Assembly (NCBI GenBank): GCA_040877645.1
Contig: JBBDNI010000007.1
Span: 1 to 36,481, forward strand
From: Chloroflexota bacterium
GTDB taxonomy: Bacteria; Chloroflexota; Limnocylindria; QHBO01
DNA: 36,481 nucleotides
Direction of reading: 5' to 3'
Of the stretch, positions 24,887 to 32,869 are shown piece after piece. The position numbers and the translations under genes are program-made. Within the stretch, counting starts at the first letter, position 1. The number at the start of each line of letters is the position of its first letter. Under the pieces are notes generated by a model, which had not been told where the DNA came from, searched no databases, and saw nothing but the letters and a program-made list of their open reading frames with translations.

Positions 24887-25555
24887 CTAGCTCTCCTCGG
24901 CCTCGCTCGGCGCTGCCTCGGCCCCCTCTTCGCCCTCGGCAGCCTCGCCCTCGGCGCCCTCCTCGCCCTCGGCGACCACCGGCTCCGGCTCGACCTCTTC
25001 CTCGCGCGGCGGCGTGACCTTGGCGACGAGGTCGTCTGGGTCGTTGAGGACGGTCACCTTGCCGTCCACCACCAGGTCGCGAACGTGGATGGTCGCCTCC
25101 AGGTCGACCAGCGCCGACAGGTCCACGCTGATCTCGTGCGGCAGGTCGGCCGGGAGGGCTCGGACCTTCAGATGGTCGAGCGAGGCGAGCAGGATGGCGC
25201 CCTCCATCTCGATCACCGGCGAGACGCCGATGAAGGCGAGCGGAATGTCGGCCTGCAGCTCCTGGGTCAGGTCAAGGGCGAACAGGTCGACATGCAGCGC
25301 CCGGCCGGTCAGCGGATTGCGCTGGACCATCTTGATGATGGCGCTGGTCGGCCGCCCGCCGTCGACCGAGACCTGCACCACGCTCGTCCTGCCGGCCTGG
25401 CGATACAGCGCGTCCAGGGCCTTGGCGTCGAGCTGCACCGGGATCGAGCCGGTCGTCTTGCCGAACAGAACGCCAGGGACCACGCCGGTCGTGCGCAGGC
25501 GCCGATTCTGCTTGCCGCGCACGTCGCGCGCGGTGACGGCGATCTCCAGGTCCAT
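24887..25555 (-). CDS. rplY: 50S ribosomal protein L25 / general stress protein Ctc with acidic C-terminal tail
   Basis: MDLEIAVTARDVRGKQNRRLRTTGVVPGVLFGK is the typical L25/Ctc N-terminus. Start ATG 25555; the 30 upstream tracked codons are junk. The tail is AEGEEGAEGEAAEGEEGAE. Confidence 0.9.
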   Translation of the reverse strand: MDLEIAVTARDVRGKQNRRLRTTGVVPGVLFGKTTGSIPVQLDAKALDALYRQAGRTSVVQVSVDGGRPTSAIIKMVQRNPLTGRALHVDLFALDLTQELQADIPLAFIGVSPVIEMEGAILLASLDHLKVRALPADLPHEISVDLSALVDLEATIHVRDLVVDGKVTVLNDPDDLVAKVTPPREEEVEPEPVVAEGEEGAEGEAAEGEEGAEAAPSEAEES

Positions 25556-25716
25556 GGTCGCGGCTGATCCTCGAAGCGGAGCGCCAGGGCGTGGCCGGGC
25601 GTCGGTGGTGGCACGCAGGTGCGGGCCGCGATGGTAGCAGCGCACCGGAGCAGCGGCAAGGCGGCCATCAGGCCTTCGGGGGCTTGCGGCGCCATCGGTC
25701 TAGAATCAGCGGCCGA

Positions 25717-26412
25717 ATGGCCGGCACGATCATGATCGTCGAGGATGAGCCCGCGGTGGCGCGCGGTGTCCAGGTCGCGCTCGAGCGCGAGGGCTACGCC
25801 ACCGCCATCGTCGGGACCGGCGAGGAGGCTTTGAAGCGGTTCGCCGACATCGCCCCGGACCTGGTGCTGCTGGACGTTCGCCTGCCGGGGATCGATGGCT
25901 TCGAGGTCTTACGCCAGCTCCGGCGCGAGACACGGGCCCCCGTCCTCTTCCTGACCGCCAGGGCCGACGAGGTGGACAAGGTGGTCGGTCTCGAGATCGG
26001 CGCCGATGACTACCTCGTCAAGCCGTTCAGCGTCCGCGAGCTGGTCAGCCGCATCAAGGCCCTGCTGCGGCGCGCATACGGTGAGCTGGCCGACACGCAG
26101 ACCGGCAGGACCCTGCGCCGCGGTGAGCTGGTGATCGACCTCGAGCGCCGGCGCGTCACGCGTGACGGGCAACGGATCAGCCTGACGACCACCGAGTTCG
26201 ACCTGCTGCGCCACATGGCCACCAAGCCAGGTCGCGTCTACACCAGGACGCAGCTGCTCGAGCTGGTGCGCGATTACGAGGCGCTGGAGGCGGACGAGCG
26301 GACCATCAACGTGCACATCAGCCACATCCGCGACAAGATCGAGCCGGACCCCGCCCAACCCCGATTCATCAAGACGGTGAGGGGCGTGGGGTATGCGTTC
26401 AGCGAGGACTGA
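25717..26412 (+). CDS. OmpR/PhoB-family response regulator
   Basis: Receiver domain IMIVEDEP ... LLDVRLPGIDG ... KPF, plus a C-terminal winged-helix domain (TVRGVGYAF). ATG 25717. Confidence 0.9.
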   Translation: MAGTIMIVEDEPAVARGVQVALEREGYATAIVGTGEEALKRFADIAPDLVLLDVRLPGIDGFEVLRQLRRETRAPVLFLTARADEVDKVVGLEIGADDYLVKPFSVRELVSRIKALLRRAYGELADTQTGRTLRRGELVIDLERRRVTRDGQRISLTTTEFDLLRHMATKPGRVYTRTQLLELVRDYEALEADERTINVHISHIRDKIEPDPAQPRFIKTVRGVGYAFSED

Positions 26413-27901
26413 CACTCCATCCCAACCGATGATCGGGCGCGTCCGGCGCCAGCTGGGCTGGTTCCAGCAGCTGAACGCGCGGCTGGTGCTCGCCTTGGCC
26501 AGCGTGGCGCTGGTGGCCCTGCTCGTCTCGGGCGTCGCCGTCAACCAGATCCTGCCCGGCTACTTTGTCGAGCAGGCGACGAGTCAGGCTCGGACCGCGG
26601 CGCTGGCAACTGCGCTGCTCCTGGAGGGCGAAGCGGACAAAGTGAGGGGATCCCAGCCGGGCTTGCTGACCGTTCGCGAGCTGCGCGAGACGGAGTTCCT
26701 GAGCGCCGTGGCGGAGACGGCCGCGACCGAGCTCGCCCAGGGGACGGTCGCCTTCTACAACCCGGATGGATCCCTCGCGGCACGCGCCGAGCCCGATGCC
26801 GAAACGGCGGCGCAGCTCCGCGCCGAGGGACTTCGTCCCGATCCCGAGGTGCCTCCCCAGAGCGTTTCGCAGGGGATCAGCATGCCCGACGGCTCTCCCC
26901 GCATCAGGTTCACCATCACCGTCTCGGCGCCGTATACCTCGCGCGAGACGAGCCTGGAGCGGGTGCGCGGGACGCTCCTCTTCACCGGCCTGCTGGCCCT
27001 GCTCGCTTCGGTGGTGGTCGGGATTCCGGCGGCGCGCCGCTTCACCAGTCCGCTCGCCCGGCTGCGTCGCGCAGCGAGCCGATTGGCGCAGGGCCAGCTC
27101 GACGAGCGGGCCCCACGCTCGGACATCGTGGAGATCGACGACCTGGCCCAGCAGTTCAACGTGATGGCCGACCGGCTCTCAGAATCGCTGCGCATGCTCG
27201 AGGCCGATCGGGATCGGCTCCGTGAGTTCGTAGCCGATGTCTCGCATGAGCTTCGCACCCCGATCGCCGCCCTGCGCACCTTCACCGAGCTGCAACGCGA
27301 CGGGAAGGTTGACGAAGCCACGCGCCGCGAATTCCTGGACCGATCTGGCGAGCAGATCAGCCGCCTGGAGTGGATGAGCACCAACCTGCTCGACCTGTCG
27401 CGCATCGACGCCGGGATCTTCCCGCTCGACGTGCGGAGCGGCGACCTGCGCGACCCGATCCGCTCCGTGGTCGAAGCGCACGCCGAGCTGGCCGAGCAGC
27501 GCGGCGTGTCGCTGCTGAGCGAGGTCCCGCCTACTCCGGTGATGCTGCTCTTCGACCGGGAGCGGATCGTGCAGCTGCTGACAAACCTGGTCGGCAATGG
27601 GCTGAAGTTCACGCCGCGCGGCGGCGAGGTGCGGGTTCTCCTGACCGATGCGCCCGAGGGCGCCACGCTCGAGGTCCGCGACTCCGGGCCGGGCATCTTG
27701 GCGGCGGAGCTGCCCCACGTCTTCGAACGCTTCTTCCGCGGCACCAACGTGGGGGACGCCCGCGCGTCGGGGAGCGGGCTGGGGCTGGCGATCGCCCGCT
27801 CGATCGTGGAGATGCACAACGGCCGGATCGAGGTGGCCAGCGCGCCGGGACAGGGGTCGACCTTCATCGTGCGGCTACCGCGCGCCGAGCAAGGTCAATG
27901 A
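26393..27901 (+). CDS. sensor histidine kinase (two TM segments, HAMP, HisKA, HATPase)
   Basis: H-box SHELRTPIAAL; G-boxes DSGPGI and GSGLGLAI. ATG 26393 overlaps the regulator gene by 20 nt; the alternative ATG is 26429. Confidence 0.9.
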   Translation: MRSARTDTPSQPMIGRVRRQLGWFQQLNARLVLALASVALVALLVSGVAVNQILPGYFVEQATSQARTAALATALLLEGEADKVRGSQPGLLTVRELRETEFLSAVAETAATELAQGTVAFYNPDGSLAARAEPDAETAAQLRAEGLRPDPEVPPQSVSQGISMPDGSPRIRFTITVSAPYTSRETSLERVRGTLLFTGLLALLASVVVGIPAARRFTSPLARLRRAASRLAQGQLDERAPRSDIVEIDDLAQQFNVMADRLSESLRMLEADRDRLREFVADVSHELRTPIAALRTFTELQRDGKVDEATRREFLDRSGEQISRLEWMSTNLLDLSRIDAGIFPLDVRSGDLRDPIRSVVEAHAELAEQRGVSLLSEVPPTPVMLLFDRERIVQLLTNLVGNGLKFTPRGGEVRVLLTDAPEGATLEVRDSGPGILAAELPHVFERFFRGTNVGDARASGSGLGLAIARSIVEMHNGRIEVASAPGQGSTFIVRLPRAEQGQ

Positions 27902-27992
27902 AACTTCACGCCGTGCGGCGCTCAGCCGCAACGCGGGAGCGCCAGGATCGTGCCGACGCCCCGAACCTGACAGCAGCGAGCAACGACCAGCG

Positions 27993-29255
27993 ATGACCAA
28001 CCAGGACGATCCCGCCGCCCGGTCTCCCCAACCGGAGGTGCAGCGCTTCGGCCCGCCACCCAGCCAACCGACACGACCGACCTGGGAGAGCGCGCCGGCC
28101 TGGCCACGCCAGGACGCATCCCGGCCACCCGCCCACGATCGGCGCGGGCTCGGCGTGATGCCGGTCATCAGCATCGCGATCGTTACCGCCGTCGTCTCCG
28201 GATCGCTCTCCGCGGCCGCGGTCGCCAACCTGCTCCGCCCCGCCGGCGGCAATGGCTCGCCGGTGGAGCCGACCGGAAGCTCGGTCAGCCAGGTGCACCT
28301 CGACGAGTCGAGCGCCGTCATCACGGCGGTGGCACGTGTCATGCCCGCGGTGGTGGTCATCCGGTCGACCAGCAGCGGCGGTGTCCTGGGCGGCGCGAAC
28401 GGCGTCGGTTCCGGGTTCATCTTCGACGCCGACGGCTGGATCCTGACCAACAAGCACGTCGTCGAAGGCGCCGATGAGATCACGGTGCAGCTGAAGGACA
28501 GCCGCATCTTCAGCGGGCGGGTGTACGGCGTCGACACGCTGACCGACCTCGCGATCGTGAAGATCGACGCCACGGGCCTGCCGGTGGCGCCCATCGGCTC
28601 CAGCGAAGAGCTGGAGCTCGGACAGCTGGCGATCGCCATCGGCAATCCGCTGGGGACCTTCGAGAACACGGTCACCACCGGCGTCGTCTCGGGCCTGGGG
28701 CGCCAGATCGACGCCGGCGGCGGCGGCACGTCGGAGCAGCTGAACAACCTGATCCAGACCGATGCAGCCATCAACCCGGGGAACTCGGGCGGTCCGCTCA
28801 TCAACAGCGCCGGCGCGGTGATCGGCATCAACACCGCGGTCAACGAGGAGGCGCAGGGGATCGGCTTCGCCATTCCGATCGACGTCGCGCGACCGATCAT
28901 GGACCAGGCCATGGCGGGCCAGCCGCTGGCCCGACCGTGGATCGGGGTGCGCTACGTCGTCGTCGACAGCCAGCTCGCCGCGGACCGCGACCTCGCGGTC
29001 GACCATGGCGTCCTGATCGACGCCGCGGCCAACGGGGCGCCCGCCATCTTCCCGGGCAGCCCGGCAGCCGCTGCCGGCCTGACGGAGGGTGACATCGTCG
29101 TCGCCGTCGACGGCGAGGCGGTTGACGCTGACCACGACCTGGCAACGCGGATCCTGCCGCACAGCCCCGGCGACTCGGTGCGTCTGTCGGTCATCCGCGG
29201 CGACGAGACGCTGGACGTGGTGGTCACCCTCGGGACGCTGCCCGAGGACCTTTAG
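27993..29255 (+). CDS. HtrA/DegP-family (S1C) serine protease with N-terminal TM anchor and C-terminal PDZ domain
   Basis: Catalytic triad context TNKHVV, DLAIVKI, GNSGGPL. ATG 27993 is the only in-frame start after the kinase stop. Pro-rich cytoplasmic N-terminus, then a TM helix. Confidence 0.9.
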   Translation: MTNQDDPAARSPQPEVQRFGPPPSQPTRPTWESAPAWPRQDASRPPAHDRRGLGVMPVISIAIVTAVVSGSLSAAAVANLLRPAGGNGSPVEPTGSSVSQVHLDESSAVITAVARVMPAVVVIRSTSSGGVLGGANGVGSGFIFDADGWILTNKHVVEGADEITVQLKDSRIFSGRVYGVDTLTDLAIVKIDATGLPVAPIGSSEELELGQLAIAIGNPLGTFENTVTTGVVSGLGRQIDAGGGGTSEQLNNLIQTDAAINPGNSGGPLINSAGAVIGINTAVNEEAQGIGFAIPIDVARPIMDQAMAGQPLARPWIGVRYVVVDSQLAADRDLAVDHGVLIDAAANGAPAIFPGSPAAAAGLTEGDIVVAVDGEAVDADHDLATRILPHSPGDSVRLSVIRGDETLDVVVTLGTLPEDL

Positions 29256-29626
29256 CCGGTCGCAGGGTCGCGCCGCCGACGGAGGCGCGCCTCCACCGTC
29301 TCGAAGGCCCCAGGCAACGGCGCCTTCGGCTTGCGGACCCTGACCTCGACGTCGTCGACGGCTGGATTGGCGAGGATCGCATCGGCGATGGCGCCCGCCA
29401 GCGCCTCGATCAGGTGGAAGGAGCGCTCCTCCACGATCTGGCGCGCCACCTCGAAGATCGTCGAGTAGTCGATCGTGTCGGCCAGGTCGTCGGTCGCTGC
29501 CGGCCGCGACAGGTCAAGGCGCACGACCACGTCAACCTCGAACGGCTGCGCAGCCTCTCGCTCTGCGGCCGTCACGCCGTGGCGCCCGGCGAAGCGCATG
29601 CCGCGCAGGGTGATCCGATCGGTCAC
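29252..29626 (-). CDS. folB: dihydroneopterin aldolase
   Basis: ITLRGMRFAGRHGVTAAEREAAQPFEVDVVV. GTG 29626 overlaps the folP stop as GTGA; the alternative GTG is 29635. Confidence 0.9.
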   Translation of the reverse strand: MTDRITLRGMRFAGRHGVTAAEREAAQPFEVDVVVRLDLSRPAATDDLADTIDYSTIFEVARQIVEERSFHLIEALAGAIADAILANPAVDDVEVRVRKPKAPLPGAFETVEARLRRRRDPATG

Positions 29627-30477
29627 GGCCGCCACCGGACGATGCCATCCGCCACCCGCACGGTATTCATGATCGGCGCCACGTCGTGGACGCGCACGAT
29701 ATCGGCCCCACCGGCGATCGCCAGCGCCACGCTGGCGGCGGTCCCCTCCAGGCGCTCGTCGGGGGGCGCGCCCCCGAGCAGCTCGCCGATGACCCGCTTG
29801 CGGCTGGTACCGACCAGCAGCGGCAGGTCGCCGAGCGAGGACTTGAACTCGGCGAGGCGGTGCAGCAGCTCGATCGAATGGGCCGGCGTCTTGCCGAAGC
29901 CGATGCCGGGATCGACGATCAGGCGATCGCGCGGTACGCCGGCGTGCATCGCCGCTTCGATCTGCGCGCCGAGCCAGGCGGTCACCTCCTCGAAGACGCC
30001 GCCGGGGTACTCGGCCACCTCCTGGTTGTGCATCAGGACCAGGTGGGCGCCGGCCTCAACCGCTGCGGTCAGCGTGTCGGGGTCGCGGCGGCCCGCCCAC
30101 ACGTCGTTCACGATCGACGCGCCCGCAGCCAGGGCCTGGCGGGCCACGGCACCCTTGGTGGTGTCGATGCTCACCAGCGCCCGACCCTCGTGGGCTCGCG
30201 CCAGCGCGGCCACGATCGGGACCGCGAGCGCTGCCTCGTCCTCGGCGGAGACGGCCGGATGCTCGCCGTAGAACTGTGTCGGCCGCGACGACTCGGCCCC
30301 GACGTCCAGGATCTGGGCGCCGGCCGCGACGAAGCCACGGCCGAGCTCGAGCGCATCGGCCAGGATCTCGGCTTCGCTGCGACCGGGGAGCGCGATGCCG
30401 TCGCCGCTGAAGGAGTCAGCCGTGACATTGATGATCCCCATCACGTACGTCCGCTCGCCCCACGCCAGGCCATTCAT
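29623..30477 (-). CDS. folP: dihydropteroate synthase
   Basis: YVMGIINVTADSFSGDG. ATG 30477 overlaps the folC stop as ATGA. The 142 upstream tracked codons are Arg/Ala-rich and lie inside folC. Confidence 0.9.
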   Translation of the reverse strand: MNGLAWGERTYVMGIINVTADSFSGDGIALPGRSEAEILADALELGRGFVAAGAQILDVGAESSRPTQFYGEHPAVSAEDEAALAVPIVAALARAHEGRALVSIDTTKGAVARQALAAGASIVNDVWAGRRDPDTLTAAVEAGAHLVLMHNQEVAEYPGGVFEEVTAWLGAQIEAAMHAGVPRDRLIVDPGIGFGKTPAHSIELLHRLAEFKSSLGDLPLLVGTSRKRVIGELLGGAPPDERLEGTAASVALAIAGGADIVRVHDVAPIMNTVRVADGIVRWRP

Positions 30478-31820
30478 GACGGACCCTCCTCGCCGGCGAG
30501 CATCCCACGAACCACGCCGACCAGGTAGAGCGAGCCCGCCACCACGATCGGCTGGTCCGGGGCGGCGCGCATCTCGGCCGCGCGACCCAGCGCCAGCTCC
30601 GCGGTCGCGGCGGTCTCTCCGCCCGCGCCGCCGATCCGCAGCCACGCTCGTAGCAGCGTCGGCGGCCGGTGCGCTCCGGCGTCTTCGACCGCGGTGAAGA
30701 TCACCCGCGGCTCGAGCGGCGCAAGGGCCCGCAGCACCGCGCTCACCCGCTTCCCGCGCATCGCGCCAAGGACCAGCGGGAAGCGACGCATGCCGAGCTC
30801 GCCCAGCGCGGCGGCCAGCGCACGCGCGCCGGCCGGGTTGTGCGCGCCGTCGAGCAGGACGCGCCCGACGGGGGTGTCGTCCAGCAACTCCATCCGTCCC
30901 GGCCAACGGGCGGCCGCCAGGCCGCGACGGATGGTGGCCTCGTCGATTGACAACGCCGCCCCGCGGCGAGCGGCATCCTCGACCAGGGCGTCAAGAACCG
31001 CCAGCGCCACGGCGGCGTTCGCAGCCTGGTGCCCGCCCAGGAGGCCGACGTGCAGGTCACGGATCGGTCCGCCCGGGGTCGTGGCATCGATGCGCAGCCC
31101 GTCCCAGCCGGCGTGACGCACCACGGAGCTATACGGCTGACCGGCTCCCGCCCGCCGCAGCGGCACCCCCAGGGCCGCGCAGCGATCCAGGATCGGACGC
31201 AGCCCGCGTCCCGCGGCACCGGTCACCGCCAGGTTGCCCGGCTTGATGATCGCTGCCTTCTCTGCCCCGATCGCGGCGAGGGTGGACCCCAGCAGCTTTT
31301 CGTGGTCGTGCTGCACGTTGGTGATGACCGCCACGCCGGCGTCGAGGGCGTTCGTGGCGTCGAGCCGGCCGCCGAGCCCGACCTCGACGACGGCGAGGTC
31401 GAGCCTCGAGCGCGACAGCTCGTTGAAGGCGATTGCGGTCAGCGCTTCGAACTCGGTGGGCGGGCCGATCCTGGCGGTCACGCGCTCGATCGCCGGCTGC
31501 ACATCCGACACGGCGGCGGCAAAGCGCTCGCGCGAGATCGGGAGCCCGTCGATCGCGATCCGTTCGCGGTAGCTGACCAGGTGTGGCTTGGGCATGGTCC
31601 CGACGTGCCGGCCCGTGGCGCTGAGCACCGAGCGGACCAGGGCCACGACGCTGCCCTTGCCGTTCGTGCCGCCGACGAGCGCCCCGCGCAGCGTGTGATG
31701 CGGGTCGCCGAGCTCGGCCAGCAGGGCCTCGACGCGGGTGAGCCCCAGGCTGATCCCGAAGCGGCCACGCGCACGGATCGAAGCGACCGCGTCGTCATAG
31801 GCGAGGACAGGCGCCGTCAT
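30474..31820 (-). CDS. folC: bifunctional folylpolyglutamate synthase / dihydrofolate synthase
   Basis: Mur-ligase P-loop GTNGKGS; length 448 aa; positioned directly upstream of folP. Confidence 0.9.
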   Translation of the reverse strand: MTAPVLAYDDAVASIRARGRFGISLGLTRVEALLAELGDPHHTLRGALVGGTNGKGSVVALVRSVLSATGRHVGTMPKPHLVSYRERIAIDGLPISRERFAAAVSDVQPAIERVTARIGPPTEFEALTAIAFNELSRSRLDLAVVEVGLGGRLDATNALDAGVAVITNVQHDHEKLLGSTLAAIGAEKAAIIKPGNLAVTGAAGRGLRPILDRCAALGVPLRRAGAGQPYSSVVRHAGWDGLRIDATTPGGPIRDLHVGLLGGHQAANAAVALAVLDALVEDAARRGAALSIDEATIRRGLAAARWPGRMELLDDTPVGRVLLDGAHNPAGARALAAALGELGMRRFPLVLGAMRGKRVSAVLRALAPLEPRVIFTAVEDAGAHRPPTLLRAWLRIGGAGGETAATAELALGRAAEMRAAPDQPIVVAGSLYLVGVVRGMLAGEEGPS

Positions 31821-31851
31821 CGGCGCGGGGGGCGGCAGGCGAGGGCCGGGG

Positions 31852-32409
31852 TCAGGCCCCCTCGTCCTCGTAGAAGACGCAGTCGTGGAACTGGCCCGTC
31901 ATGCACAGGTCGTTGACGTAGCCCGCGTCCAGGTGAACTCCGCCACGCAGCTCGCATCGGTTCACCACCCCTTCGCGCTTCATGAGCATGCGCAGCACGC
32001 CGGGTGAGTCGGTACCGACGCGCCCCTTCGCTCCGGCGGTCAGGTAGAAATGGGGGCAGGAGTGCCGTCGTGGGCCGGCGTAGCCGAGTGGCATCCCGCG
32101 CCGCCCGACGTGAACGGTCAGTGGCTCCGGGGCTGCCGCGAATCGCTTCTCGGCGATCGCACAGCGGCCGGGCTCGCAGTCGATCTCGTTGTGGCAGCAG
32201 GCGCGTGCCGGGCCGACGCCGTCGACCGCCCACAGCTCCCAGCACGGGCGTCGCAGGATGAAGGCCGGGCAGCGGTAGCGGATGGTGAGGGAACAGTTCT
32301 CGACCTCCCAGCACATCGTCCGTCGATCGCCGGTCGGGCGTTCGGGAGCGAACGGGTCGGCCACCTGGCGGCGGTCGACGCTCGTGCGTCGCTCGGTCTT
32401 GATGATCAA
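31852..32409 (-). CDS. cysteine-rich hypothetical protein (185 aa, 12 Cys), first gene of the folC-folP-folB transcription unit
   Basis: TTG 32409 is preceded by AGGGAGG with an 11-nt spacer. Motifs CWEVENC, CPAFILRRPCWELW, ACCHNEIDCEPGRC. N-terminal ERR/DRR repeats. It ends 31 nt before folC. Confidence 0.65.
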   Translation of the reverse strand: MIIKTERRTSVDRRQVADPFAPERPTGDRRTMCWEVENCSLTIRYRCPAFILRRPCWELWAVDGVGPARACCHNEIDCEPGRCAIAEKRFAAAPEPLTVHVGRRGMPLGYAGPRRHSCPHFYLTAGAKGRVGTDSPGVLRMLMKREGVVNRCELRGGVHLDAGYVNDLCMTGQFHDCVFYEDEGA

Positions 32410-32466
32410 CGGTGGGTGGGCCTCCCTGGTGAGGCGCGAGTGTAGCCCTTGCCGGGCGGGATCGGG

Positions 32467-32793
32467 CTAGGAGAGGAAATCCCGCAGCCGATCCTCCATC
32501 GCGGCCTGCGGCATGTAGCCGACCAGCCTGGCCGCCTCGCGGCCGTCCTTGAAGACCACTATCGTCGGGATGCTGAAGATGCTGTAACGCATCGCCAGCT
32601 GCTGGTTCTCATCGGTGTTGACCTTGGCCGTGGCGATCTTGGCGGCGTGCGCCTCGCCGATCGCCTCGACGACCGGCGACACGAGCCGGCACGGGCCACA
32701 CCACGGCGCCCAGAAGTCGACGAGGACCGGCTTCTCGGAGTTGAGGACCTCCGCATCGAAGGTCGCGTCGTCGACCGTGATCGGGGCTGTCAT
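32467..32793 (-). CDS. trxA: thioredoxin
   Basis: WAPWCGPCR active site. 108 aa from ATG 32793; the upstream tracked codons are Arg/Pro-rich junk. Confidence 0.95.
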   Translation of the reverse strand: MTAPITVDDATFDAEVLNSEKPVLVDFWAPWCGPCRLVSPVVEAIGEAHAAKIATAKVNTDENQQLAMRYSIFSIPTIVVFKDGREAARLVGYMPQAAMEDRLRDFLS

Positions 32794-32869
32794 GTTCGTG
32801 TGCTGACCTCCAGGTCGGGATGGGTTGTGCGGCGGGGATCGTAGCACCGCGGCCTCGGCGTGCCCGCGC

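Noticed and set aside
24887-24995. Periodic GCCCTCGGC-type DNA repeats that might look like a VNTR or array
   Set aside because: They lie inside the L25/Ctc gene and encode its acidic Glu/Ala/Gly low-complexity tail. The units are imperfect and have no spacer structure.
30478-30906. 142-codon extension of folP, plus analogous extensions of trxA (to 33018), rplY (to 25645), galU (to 35542), the GS-like gene (to 22933) and the response regulator (from 25591)
   Set aside because: The extensions are low-complexity Arg/Ala/Pro sequence, mostly overlapping the neighbouring gene. Internal starts reproduce the normal N-termini of these families and often show stop/start coupling or an SD.
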